Origin: Lytechinus pictus
Taxonomy: Eukaryota
Reading direction: 5' to 3'
DNA: 64,000 bases
NCBI RefSeq assembly: GCF_037042905.1
Contig: NC_087245.1
Location: 38,690,001 to 38,754,000 of the forward strand
Of the stretch, positions 36,900 through 49,878 are shown piece by piece. The translations under genes were made by a program, and so were the position numbers. How positions within the stretch are numbered: position 1 is the stretch's first letter; each line of letters starts with the position of its first letter. Below the pieces are notes generated by a model. It made no database searches. It had not been told where the DNA came from and worked only from the letters and a program-made list of their open reading frames with translations.

Positions 36900-39800
36900 C
36901 AGTCAGTCCGCAGCCCGTCCGAAAGTGCTCTATTTTATTCAGCGGTATGCATAGCCGTCCGTGGTTATGCATACGTAATGAGCTGTGAAGACGAACTTTC
37001 CGATCGGTGTTTTTTGCTCTTAGAATCGTTTATTCCTCACATAATTGGTCTTATTTTATAGATAAAACTTTGACATTTCTGATCAGCTAAATAAAATGCA
37101 CATTTAATGTATTTTCAAGACCGATATTTAGCTTAGAAAAAATGAGTTTTTTTAAGAAATATATGTGAATAAACAGAGCGCATTTTTGCATCGAAATCAT
37201 ACTTGCGTCAAATTGATATTATAATCAATATAAAGCGTAGACATTCTTATTTACGACTGAAAAAAAATTATGAAATTTCATGATGTAGCAAAGTCAGGAA
37301 CCACAAAAAACCACGGCAATGTCCATCGCGAAATGATTGGAATTGTAGTAGAATTGCCGACGCGTTCTGATTGGTCAACAGCGGCGCACAGACTTACAAC
37401 ATTATATATATCTTAAAAAACCCGGAAGTGATACGGAAGAGATCGATGGCGAATTGCGTGAGCGCTATGTTTTGACGTGTGCAAGGACCCTGGTTCGAAC
37501 CCACCAAATTGAGTTTTTTTTTTTTTTTTTTTTGGGGGGGGGGGGGGGGTTGATGGGGATATGTTTATGCTTTTTCTTTAAATCGTATTCCTTCATCGTT
37601 CCTACCCAGCTTTATTCTCTTTTTACTTTCATATGAAGTTCTATTTAGGCCTGTATTTATTAAATCATGGAGCTATTATTAATAGCTCTATGATTAATTC
37701 TTACTTCTTCTTAATCACTGCTTTTGATTTTCAAGTTCTTGATTACACTTATTTGGGCAGGGGTGGGAAGGGAAGTGAGTTAAAGGTCAAGTGCACATCA
37801 ACAAAAAAGTATTTGAATAAATAAAGAAATTTCCCTGTTTTTACACAAAACAGTTATATACACAAAACAATGGTATGCAAATAGAGTTGATTATGTCACT
37901 CACATCAAATTACTTTTTAAATTTTTGTTGCATTTTTATTATATAAATTTTAGCAAATTTGATGTAAAAAATCTTTCTCGAATCACAATAGGTTACATTT
38001 ATGGAAACTACGAATGTTAATGGAGGAATTAAAATCCCTCTCAAAATTTGTTAATGAAAATTAAAATAAAATATACATGTCATGTACATGTATCAAACAA
38101 AAAAATACACAAGAAATTAGAGTGCGTGTGACATAATCGGTTCTGTAATTTGCACATTGACCAAGATGAGCATATAATTGTTTTTATAAAATTAGGCAAA
38201 TTTCTCAATGTCAAAATAGTAATTTTTTGAATTTTGAATCATAGTTTTTATAAAATTCTCTGCAATACTTTATTTTTCTTTAAATTCAAATTATTTTTTT
38301 GGTGGGGTGGACTTCTCCTTTACTCTTTGCTTGGAATAGGGAATGCACATTAATATTTATCCACGAACAAAATTGTCTAAACATATGCAAATCAGTAATT
38401 GGACACATGCTCACTTTCCTTTCATCCAGGCCACCCCCTCACATCCACCAGGTTTACAGTCTTATAACAAAAATTATGAATTAATTATAATACCATCACA
38501 CCATAGCTCCATGATCACACAACATTCATACAGTGCTTCACAACAAATATTTCACTATTGTTCATATAATTACTGTGGAAAACAAAAACAAGGCGTAACC
38601 ACATTCAAATACCATATAAAAGGACAAATATATTATACCTTTCGAAAAAAAAAAATTGTGAACATACATGGCACTTAACCTTCAGCACATTAGATAACAT
38701 ATAACAGAGTTGCTTGAGAACAAAATATAATTATGGGGCATTGCAAGAAACTTATGTTCAATTGCAAATCAACTACATGTTTGTGTTTAATCAAAGGACT
38801 TACCCTTAATTTTGGAATGTGTGATTGAGTAGAAAGTTTCTTGCAATGCATCAAAAATGTTCTTTGGTTTTGAATTGTGAATTTTTATTTTTGTCAAGCT
38901 GTATTCCTGTCCAAGTCAGTATTCTTAGTCCTCCCCAAAACTGTGCTCTAATTTTTTTGTTTCCAATATCGATAAAGATCAATTTTCTGTTGTATCATTA
39001 TCAGTCCAAAATTTGCAAACGAAAAAAGGGCTTTGTCCAAATCATGGTCTGACCATTATAGTACATGATGGAATCTCCCAGAATGAAGTAGCAAGCAGAG
39101 ACCAGAGTCAGAAAGTATGCAGATCTGTGTGTAGAAGAGACAAAAAAGAGAGAAATAGTCTAAATTATTCAAAGTATGAATTATGTTACATGTAAGTCAA
39201 TTAAGAGACTAACTAAGTACTGTCTGTGACAGACACAATTTTTTTATTTGAACAAAATGGTTTATAAATACTACTGAGTACGGTAGTACCAGACTTTTTA
39301 CTTTGACTTTAAACTGTTTATAGTCTCTAGAGTAGACTGTCTGAGCTAATCATCATTTAATTCTTAACCGCAGCCTGGGGCAAAAATCATCATGGGGCTC
39401 ATCTTCGACTAATTAAGAAAAAAGGTTAACAATTTTCAACATAAATCAAGAAATATCTCAATCTATAAAAACTTGATGGAATTCGGAAAACTTTAGAAGG
39501 GATCTACTTATTAAGCTTCGTTTATATTAAGTCTTAATAAAAAAAAAAAACAAGTCCACCGTCCACAGTCAGAAATATAATGCGAGCCATCTGCCATCAT
39601 TACAGAAGTTTCAACGTATGGGACCAAAGGCGAAATTCTACCAACCCGCGACGAACGTAATTTTGGCATTATTTCGCGCCATCGTGGAGTGAACGAGAAG
39701 GTTACTTCCGGGTAAAACGTAAATTTCTTGATTTTTAGGGTATCATTTTCTCTAAAATAAAAATACAAGGTGAGTTTGCGTCAAGTTGGTTCTGACATAT

Positions 39801-40200
39801 TTTGAACAGTGACTTTTCTTCTTTCTAAAAAACCCCGATCGAAACAATTTGGTTATGTAGCAAAGTCAGGAACCAAAAGTGAAATTCCGACTACAAAATC
39901 GCGGTTAAAATATTACTAAAATAAGCATCAATTAAAGAGGTAAAAATGGTAGGTTGAAAATGTCGAAATATGGACAATTATATACCAAAATGTAGATGAA
40001 GGTCTTGAAAATAACTTACCACAATTCGTTTCGACGTAAACTGAAGTTAGCGACCAGTACAGAGCTATAACTTCAGCCCCTCCAATTCAGTGGGAAAATC
40101 AAGCCAAATTGATCGCACGTTTTCCTTCGGAGACCGCTAGAGGGCCGCTGAATAAATCTCCGTGAATATGCTCATTATCGCGCGAGCTGCGGTCTGACTG
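36900..40200. mobile_element. Tc1/mariner-like (TA TSD) non-autonomous element, 3.3 kb, nested in the right arm
   Basis: ta|cagtcagtccgcagc ... gctgcggtctgactg|ta. Removing it restores continuity of the foldback arm. Confidence 0.8.
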
Positions 40201-40551
40201 TATATATAGATCTAAGCCTATAAGGCCTATGTAACTATGTAAGGGTACCGGTAATTTGACGATGCTAATTCATTCTGAGCAACGTGAATGCTTACGATCG
40301 GCACTGGTCGAGGCCTAGTCCACGCGCATGCGTACTCTCAATCCGAAGACGCAAGTCATGAATATTCATATGTCGGTCCAGAACTCGGTGGGAAAAATAA
40401 TTTCGCACCCGGCCCGGGGGACAAGGCCAGGGGGCTATACTAGTATTATAATTCAGATACATGTATTTCACCCTTTCAATGATAATTCTGGAAATTGACG
40501 ATTTTTAAAGTGTAAGCAAAAAGGCTAAGTCCCGAAATAAAAGTAATAAAT

Positions 40552-40840
<289 letters not shown>

Positions 40841-41784
40841 AAGGTAGACAGAGATTCAGCAAGAATAAACAAACAATTTTACGGGAAAAGACGTTCAAGA
40901 AAAACAATTCTTTTTCTCCCGTTGTAGAATCTCAATGCAACAAAAAAGCATGTTGGTAAATGATAGATAGATATATAGGTAGGTAGGCCTAGGTAGATAG
41001 ATAGATTATGGATGGATGGATGGGTGGGTGGGTGGGTAGGTAGGTAGGTAGGTATACAATGTAAAAAAAAAATCTGAATCAGTAATTAAGACTTAATGTA
41101 TTTAAGTAGAATTTACAATTTGTAATTATTATTCGTTTTTTAAAAGTAGTTTTAACTTGTCTTTTAATCTACTTGATTTATTTGGGTTCAATATACATTT
41201 AAGAAAATTCACCTAATGATTGCTTGCTTTGATGAGTAAATCTAACTCAAATAAAACCCATGCTAAACATATAAATTGGGCGCTCCCTTGTCAAACAACA
41301 AATTGGCGCCCCAGAGGTCGAATATGAATGGCGATCGATCCCCCCGATAGAAAATCGATTTGGCACCCCCAATCTTTTAATACTTTTTTCCTCTCTCCCC
41401 TCTTCTCTCCTTTTTCCCTTCTTCTTTTTGTTTCATTCTCTCTTTCTCTCCCCCTTTTTTTTCTCTTTCTCCCTGCCTTTTTATTTTCCTCTCTTTCCTT
41501 CCACTTTTTGGCGCCCCCTTTTCACTGCTATATACCCGGCGGCCGGGCACGGACCGGATGTGCCCCCCTTCCTCTCACTTGATCCGCCACTGGTTTCTAA
41601 ACATCATCCCCTCTTGGCACTGCACACAAATTATTATTTAAATTCAACTTAATTTTCATCTGAAATCCAGAATTTCAGATTTAGAGTATTATCAATGTTA
41701 AATCGACCCAAAAAAAACACAAAAAACAAAAAAACACGTAACCATAACATTTTTTTGAAACCATCTCAGAAATAGATGGGGATT

Positions 41785-41905
41785 CTCTTTTTTCTTCTTC
41801 TTCTTTTTCTTCCTCTTCCTTTTTTCTTCTTCTTCTTCTTCTTCTTTTTCTTCTTCTTCTTCTTCTTCGATCTTCTTCTTCTTCCTCTTCTTCTTCTTCT
41901 TCTTC
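41785..41905. repeat. (TTC)n microsatellite
   Basis: Direct inspection. Confidence 0.95.
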
Positions 41906-41979
41906 GAGTATTCCGTTTCTAAAGAGGAAGTTAACCCTGACAAAAAGTTTATTGTAAAAAAGAGCAGAAAAATTAAAAT

Positions 41980-42075
41980 GATGATGATGATAATGATGAT
42001 GATATTATGATAATAATACTATTATTATTATTACTACTACTACAACTACTATACTACTACTACTACTACTACTAT

Positions 42076-42157
<82 letters not shown>

Positions 42158-42191
42158 GCTACTACTACTGCTGCTACTACTGCTACTACTG

Positions 42192-42236
<45 letters not shown>

Positions 42237-42243
42237 ATAATAA

Positions 42244-42279
<36 letters not shown>

Positions 42280-42280
42280 T
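41980..42280. repeat. (TAC)n/(TGA)n microsatellite; TAC run resumes at 44102-44120 and 45315-45350
   Basis: Direct inspection. Confidence 0.95.
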
Positions 42281-44101
42281 TCGCCAATAGGGGGGGGCCG
42301 GAATTTTTTTCAGTCATATTTTTCCGATCGGCCGCTCGAAGATGATTTTTGTTTGATCCTTTGAAGGGGTAGTCCTAATAATCACTTCTAAGCTTTATTC
42401 TTATAAATCATCTTAAACACAAAGCACATAATCCGTATTCATGTTTTGTAAATCAATAAAAGAATGAGTAATTGGGGATCTTCCTTTCAATAATAATTCG
42501 AGCCCAAAGCGCGAGCTGAATTTTTTTTACATTTCTACATAAAGAATGGAAAATTTTAATCAATTTTTGTAATCGTGAACAGGATAGCTATATAACTAAA
42601 CAATTTATTGATGCGAGCGCGAGCGGAAAAATTCGAAATTTAGACCTAAAAACGGGACACTCTTTTCATGTTTTGTAAATCATGAAAATGATTAGTAATA
42701 GGGAATCTTCTATATACATTAATAAGGCGAGCACAAAGCACGAGCAGATTTTTTTTTATATTGTGATCTGAAACTGGAAAATGATATAAATAGAGAACAA
42801 GTTGCGTTTCTAAATAAACATGCGCGCACGTGTTTCAGATTTAGACCTAGAATCTAGGCATTCCGCTAAATACCTCTTTTGTCACGAAAATCAATAAAGC
42901 GAGCACGAAGCGCGAGCTTGAAATAATTGATATTCCGATCTGAAAAAGGGTTAATTTATGGATCGCTCTTAATAAACTGGGGTCCGTTTCATAAAGAGTT
43001 ACAACTGTGTAACTTTGCCATTATGTCAACTACCATGACAACAGGGCTCAATCACAATCAATGTTATCATGGTAGTTGCCATAATGGCGAAATTACAACA
43101 GTTGTAACTCTTTATGAACTCTTTATGAACTCATATTTACATTGTTATATTTTGTGTGAATTGCCGAATAAATAATAATAATAATAATAATAATTAGGCG
43201 GTTTGGGCCCCTGATATTTTTCATTATTACTTTAAGTTTTGACATATAGGACCCGGACATTCTAAGGACATTTTGTCATCATATTGAAATGATGACTATC
43301 TTCCTATTCCTCTTCCTAAGCGCGAGTGATACTTGTCGGTATTCCATTCTGAACAAAGGAACAGTTTAATCATTAAATCAATATCTTATTTATTAATCTA
43401 ATGAGCATAATGAGAACGCGAAATCTATTAATATCATGGCCTGAAAACTGGACATTTCAAGCATTTTTGAAATTATGAATAGGATACATGAGTTAATATA
43501 TATTTTTAACAATATTAATGCCAGCGCAAATCGGAGCCGAAATTTTTGATAAACTGTCATGAAATGGGAATTTCAAGTAATTTGTTAAAGAATTTATATT
43601 AAGATAATTATACATAACTCACCAATCAAAATGCGAGCATGCAGCGCTAGCTGATACTTTTTGACGATCAGACCTGAATGGGGATATTTTGAGAACTTTA
43701 TGGAATACACGAAAATGAAAGGTACCCGACAATCAAACAGCGCGAGCAAAAAATGTTAATATGACATTTTACGGAGCACTTTTTAAAAATCAATTTGTAA
43801 ATCAAACAAAATAATGAAAGTTCGATTTCCGAGCTGAAATATGTTTTATATAATGACTCAAAAACTTGATATTTTAAGCTCCATATTGAGCAAGATATGT
43901 AAATCACCTAACATGCAATGCGAGCGCGAAGCGCGAGCGAAAATTTTATAGTGACATGAATTTTTTTTCCCCAATTCTTCCCCTCATCTTATTTTTTTTC
44001 ACTCGTCTTCCTCATCTTATCTTTCCTCTTTTTTCTTTTCTTTCGTTCTTCCCCCTTTTTTTGCTCCACCAATAGGGGGGCCGGCCCCCCTGGATCCGCC
44101 T
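42281..44101. mobile_element. TIR-type element (left end truncated) with internal repeats carrying gcgagcgcgaagcgcgag
   Basis: Ends in ccccctggatccgcc; internal periodic motif; embedded in the TAC array. Confidence 0.6.
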
Positions 44102-44120
44102 ATACTACTACTACTACTAC

Positions 44121-45314
44121 CAGTGGCGTACCGTGGGTCACAGCATTGGGGGGGGGGCACCAGCAAAAATTTTAAGTCACTTAGTGAGCGCGCGAAGCGC
44201 GCTCAGATGTCAGGTATAGGCCTACTGATAGAGACATTTTAAGGAAGCACTTGCAGTCATTTGTAATCATGAAAAAAAAAATACGCATCTCATCAATCAA
44301 ATAATGCGAGCGCGAAGCGCGAGCTGAAAATTTTTGATATTCAGACCTAAAAAGGGACATTATAATCGACTTTGTAATCACGATACGTACCTGTCTCGCT
44401 AAACAATGCGAGCGCGAAGCGCGAGCCGAAATTTTTGTATACATTGACCCCAAACAGGGAGATCTTAAGGACTATATTATAGGAATAATCCCTTAATAGT
44501 ATACATATCTCACCGTAGTCATCCAATACCAATGCCAAGTGCTTGCTGATTTTGATAGAATAACATTTAAACACTTATGAAGCACTTGTACTCATTGTAA
44601 TCATGAATAACATACGCATCTCACTAATCAAATATTGCGAGCGCGAAGCGCGAGCTGAAAATTTAGGAAATTTAGACCTGAAGAGGGGCATTCTATAGCT
44701 TGTTTGTAGGAATTCACTAAGACCATACGTATTTAACTAACCAAATGATGCGAGCGCGAAGCGCGAGCTGAAAAATTTTGATATTCAGATCAGAAAAAGG
44801 GACATTTTAAGGACTGATTTTAGGAATTCACGGAGAGCAGACATATCTCACCAATCCACTGATGCGAACGTAATCACGGACAGGAAATATTTTATATTAA
44901 GACCTTAACATGGGGCAATCACTTTAAGTAGTCATGAAAAAGAAGCATATGTCACTGCATAAAACAATAATATATTTGGTTTATATTGACTTGAAACGGG
45001 AGTTTTTCGTACAACAGGTTTATATATCTCTTTAAACAGACAATGCGAGCACCAGGAACAATGACATCATAGGCCCTGAGCAAATAAAGTTTCATAAAGT
45101 TAGGATAAAAAAAATTTCTATGTAACATAACATGATTATAATATAATATACCATTATAATGAATAATAATTTCTTCTTTCCCACTACGTTCCTCTTCCTT
45201 TCTCCCTCTTTTTCTCCTTTTCCCCGTTTTTTTTTTTTTTTTTTTTTTTTTTTGTCAGCCGATTGGGGGGGGGGGGGGCACGTGCCCCCCATGCCCCCCG
45301 TAGTTACGCCACTG
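44121..45314. mobile_element. TIR element (CAGTGGCGTA termini, apparent 2-bp AC TSD) with internal repeats of about 115 bp
   Basis: ac|cagtggcgta ... tacgccactg|ac, inside the TAC array. Confidence 0.8.
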
Positions 45315-46345
45315 ACTACTACTACTCACTACTACGTACTACTCTACTACTTCTAAGTTCTGCTATCACTATACTAGGCCTATACTACTGCCGCTAATAT
45401 AATCGTAAGCGCACATATCCGCCTTTTTAGGTATTCAAGCCCGTGTTCAAGACGCTCTGATATAATCACAAATTAGCTATTCAATTCTAAAATGTCTATT
45501 TTCCGCTCGCTCGCACTATTTAGAAAGTTTCTCCAACTCTCATTGGTTTCCCGGGGGCGCACTTGCTATTGTTGTACACTCGTCGGCAAGACTTCGAGTG
45601 CCTTTTAAAATTTTTGCCCCCAAAACAAGTAGGCCTACCCCTATAATGTTTCACTTTACATAAACATAGCCGGGCCTACACCTTTTCCTGATTTGGGCCC
45701 TTTTGACATCTTAACATTTTTAGGCGTTTTTGTTTTTTTTAATATCGTTATATATTTTTTTTTTTCCGGGCGTGTGTGCAAAAATTGAGTGACCCCGGGC
45801 ATTTTTTTTACTGCCCCCTTTCCGCATTTTCCCTCTTTTAATTGATTGATTGATTGCATTTATTATTTTTCATTCCAAAATTCAACAAAAGTTACAATGT
45901 AAGGCAAAACACAAAAATATAATATACAGAAATGAAAAAAGGGAACCCACTGGAAAGCAAAGTTTGTTGGTATGGGTTCCCTGCAATAAATAGTTAAAGT
46001 ATAGCTTTGATCAATGAAATTCAAATCGTAAATTAAAAAGGTTTGTACAATGAAAAAGAATACTAGTGGGGTCAAGCTATTTATGCCTACTCATTATGTG
46101 ACAATTAACAACAAAAATATTTGCTGTATAAAACAAACCCTTAGTTCAGGAGTGTGTGAAAAGACAATCACTTGGACAAGACAGGACGAAAACTAAAAAC
46201 AAAACAAAACAAAAAAGGCACACACACAAACAAAAACAAAAACAGGACAGGATAGAACAAGACAGCGAAAAAAACAAAACACACTACAAACATAGACAAA
46301 CAGGAAGATCAGAAAAGCAATAGAACTAGACAGACATTAACATGA

Positions 46346-46958
46346 TTAAAGGGGAATCCAACCCAAATAAAAACTTGTTTTTATAAGAAAAAGAAAAATC
46401 AGACAAGTTGATAGGTGAAAGTTTGAACAATATTGGACAAACAACAAGAAAATTATGAATTTTTAAAAGTTGTAAATATTGGTAATCACTATACCCATGG
46501 AGACTTCAAGTTGGCCGCATATGGGATGTCATAGTGATGTAAGGCAAGGACTAGTCTTACATGTACTCCAATATATATCATGGCTGAAATGTCATTTTTC
46601 CCAAAAGTTTTATTTCAATTTATATTTTTCTTTCATGAGGACATAAAACAATATACTACTTGGATTATATCCCGGATTATATTTAGATTACTGCCCCAGG
46701 GGAATGGGTACTTAGGAGAAAACCACAAATCCCTGATAATAAAGTACATGGCCTATGGGAAAGTTGTCCTTGCCCCTTGTCATAATTACTTACCCAGTTG
46801 CCAATTTGAAATCTACATACTATTAGTGATCTCAATTTTAAAGCAGCTATAACTTTCTTATTGCTTGTCCGATTTCTTTCAAACTTTCGCCATTCAGTTT
46901 GATTTATTTTTCTCCTTCCCAACACAACATTTTATGGCCAAGGCTGGTTCCCCTTTAA
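46346..46958. mobile_element. Kolobok-like MITE with TTAA TSD
   Basis: ttaa|aggggaatcca ... tggttcccct|ttaa. Confidence 0.8.
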
Positions 46959-47099
46959 GGTGATAGGAAGAGAGAGAGAGAAAAAAGAAATGTGAGAGGA
47001 GAGGGGGAAGAGAAGGAAGAAAATAAGAAGGGAAGAATGATGTCGGATGTTATGAACTTGAAAAGGCAAGATTACTCCACATGGACCATGTAGATCAAA

Positions 47100-47480
47100 T
47101 TCTAGACAATATTAGTATTGCACCATGTGCATAAGATATTTTATTCCGATACATTATGGCAAATAATTTCACCCGTTATCTGGTGGACCATTATCATATC
47201 TCCTCTCCTCCTTCTATAATAGAGTGAGTACATGTTTAAGTTCCCCGAGTCTCCTTTCATATATGGTACGTAGTTTCTCAAATCCTTCACAAGTTTTGTT
47301 GCTCGCCTGTCCTCTGTACTCTCTCAACCTTCTTGTTCTGTAAATCTACCGTTCCAAATGACGCTCCCATATTCCAGATGTGGCCTAATTAATGTCTTGA
47401 AGAGCATTGGCAAGGTAGATTTGTTTAATATATATAGTAGGACCCCATTGGAAATACCTTTCGGCTTTCATGGGTTAATA
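47100..47480 (-). mobile_element. Degenerate CR1/L2-type LINE ORF2 3' remnant
   Basis: Minus-strand translation with frameshifts: LFKTLIRPHLEYGSVIW...VERVQR.RATKLVK...LNMYSLYYRRRRGDMI. Confidence 0.8.
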
Positions 47481-47734
47481 TCCCATCAATACAGAGGCCG
47501 CGGAACGGTTTTCAAAGTGGGGGGGGGGGGGCCGACCATGCACAAATTCACAATCATTTAGTAATTTTTACGTTTTTGTACATGGTTTTGGGAAAAAGTG
47601 GGGGCCGAAGCAGTCAGTCAGTCACTCAGTCAGTCAGTCAATCAATCAATCAAACAAATCAATAAATCTCTCGAAAGTAGATCTCGAGATGATCCCAGAG
47701 TTAAATACGTAGGTTTGTATTGTACGGATGATCC

Positions 47735-47800
47735 TCACATACGCGCGCCGCGCCAGCTCGCTCGTCGATGATCGATAATGCGCGCGCGCTGAAAAAAAAA
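47735..47800 (+). promoter_or_regulatory. CpG-rich putative CLK promoter
   Basis: acgcgcgccgcgccagctcgctcg...gcgcgcgcgc just upstream of the putative exon 1. Confidence 0.5.
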
Positions 47801-47897
47801 CAGCAACAAAAAATTGATCAAGACAGGAGACGAAACGAAGACGTAACGTATTGAAAAATATGCATTTTCTCCTGAAATATGAAGTTTAGCATTATTG

Positions 47898-47948
47898 ATG
47901 AATACAATTTATTTTGTTGAAAGAATCAAGGATCTTCTAGGCAATGCG
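47898..47948 (+). CDS. CLK2: Putative CLK exon 1 coding part (MNTIYFVERIKDLLGNA), in frame with ATG 51744
   Basis: Donor GCG|gtatgt at 47948; 17 codons; the next exon starts ag|ATG. Confidence 0.5.
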
Positions 47949-49878
47949 GTATGTAATTCTGTCTGGTTCTTTCATATGTAGCGATCTACAAAAATCTGGC
48001 ATTCCGTATTCCTCCACTCCGGCCGACCATTTTGTATGTGCTTTGAATTTGGTCGACTGACTGCCAATGTGTTTGTGTACTGTGCTGAGCTGTGTACATG
48101 TTTAGCGGAGAGTGCAGGCGGCTGGCGGGAGTGCAGAGCATGATGTATGTATGTAGTGCAGAGCGATTGGGGCAGTGAATCAAGATCTGTGTTTGTGAAT
48201 TGTGTCGGTGTCGGGTGAAATTTAGGCCTACTTACTTACATACATGTACTTATGGATTCTTCTGAATGCAGTCTGACTTAGGATTAAACTAGACTAAGTC
48301 TGTAGTCTGTAGCCTGGGGGGTCGGGTGTCCGGACACTTTATATTTTTGAAGCCTTCTTTTTTGTATTTGGATTACACTAAAAATATGAATTCAATACTT
48401 GTAATCATCTTCTATTTTGTTCTTTATAATATTTCCTAACATTTTGTACTAAAAGTTTATGAAACTTCGCTTGTAAATTTTTCCAAATTACTTTCTAAAA
48501 TTGATTGTCCGGACACACAACCTGTCCGGACACACAACAACTGGGTATACTAGATAGACAGTTGGCAGCCGTCTGTTTCGAGGAGTTTTTTAACATTTTT
48601 TAAATTTCTCCTCATACACAGACGGCTCGCTATCGTGCAGCCACCATTAGGGGACTTACAATGCAAAATCCCCCCGTCGGGGCTCTTCAATTTTTGTCTT
48701 TAATGAATCAAACTTTTGAAAATTAACGCGACCGAAATGCAAATTAATATTCCCTCTTGGCACTAATTGCCAAAAAACGGGGAAAATCGAGTTAAAAGGA
48801 ACAAAAACAGTGACTTACCTCGGCTGTCGCGCAACTTCACTGCCCTGTTTTATCCGAACTTAATACACATAAACATATGGCCATTGAGTCCCCTGTACAG
48901 ATCGCACTAAAACTTCGGTCTCTGTATTTGGTGAGTGAAGCCAACGGAGTTCAGCTGAACAACCAACATAACAGAGACCGAAGCTTTTGGTCTAGTACTA
49001 GACAGCTGTCTGCTTCAAGGAGTTTTAATTTTAACATTTTTTTTTCTTCAATATTTCTCCTCGTACACAGTCACAGTTTTCACACTCACAGACGGCTCGC
49101 GACCGTGCAGCCGCCATTTAGGCATTAGGGGGTTAAAAATGCAAAATCCCCCCGACAGGGCTCATAGATTTTTGTCATTTTGTAAAAATGAATAAAAAGA
49201 ACTGGACCAAAATAAAGATTATTCCGGGCGCTAATGCAGTTTCGCACTGGCCGATTACCAGCATACCTCATCACCAATACTTGTTCCCAAATGTCATGAC
49301 AAGTCTCTCAGTCACATTTCGAGGTCAATATACCCACCTCTTTTCCAAATATCGCGATCGGGAACGGCTGTATTTCAGCTTTGATCTCGATGCCGTTCGA
49401 ATCCTCAGACATCACTTCGCGGATCGCTTGGATTCGCCGTGCGCCGTAATGTTGATATGGACTGAAGTTAGCAACCAAATCATGCGAACATGTGGCAAAC
49501 AAACTGCCAGCATGCTGCGGGCGAATCTTTTGGTGGCATAGCTTCAGTCCATATCAACATTACGGCACACAGCGAATCCAAGCAAAAAGTTCATTTGAAT
49601 GAGAAGAGAAAAATCCAACAAGCATAATAGTGAAAATTTCATCAAAATCGGATGTAAAATAGAAAGTTATGACATTTTAAATTTTCGCTAAATTTCACAA
49701 AACAGTTATATGCACATCCTAGCTGGTATGCAAATGAGGAGACTGACGTCTTCCACTCACTATTTCTTTTGTATTTTATTATATGAAATATTCTAATTTT
49801 CTCCTAATTGTCAAGTGATACAATGTATGATTAATTCCTCCCTGAACATGTGGAAATGAAATTGTTTAATACTATATG

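Larger units (their letters stand above)
32619..40406. mobile_element. Foldback/Mutator-like (MULE) element with inverted arms of about 650 bp and a 9-bp TSD, carrying nested insertions
   Basis: acccggccc|gcgaaattattttt ... aaaaataatttcgc|acccggccc. Left arm 32619-32961 plus 35810-36120 is the reverse complement of right arm 36446-36899 plus 40201-40406. Confidence 0.88.

Noticed and set aside
36900..40200. ProtoRAG/Transib-like element
   Set aside because: Termini are CAGTC with a TA duplication, not CAC heptamer-like ends with a 5-bp TSD, and no RAG-like coding remnant is visible.
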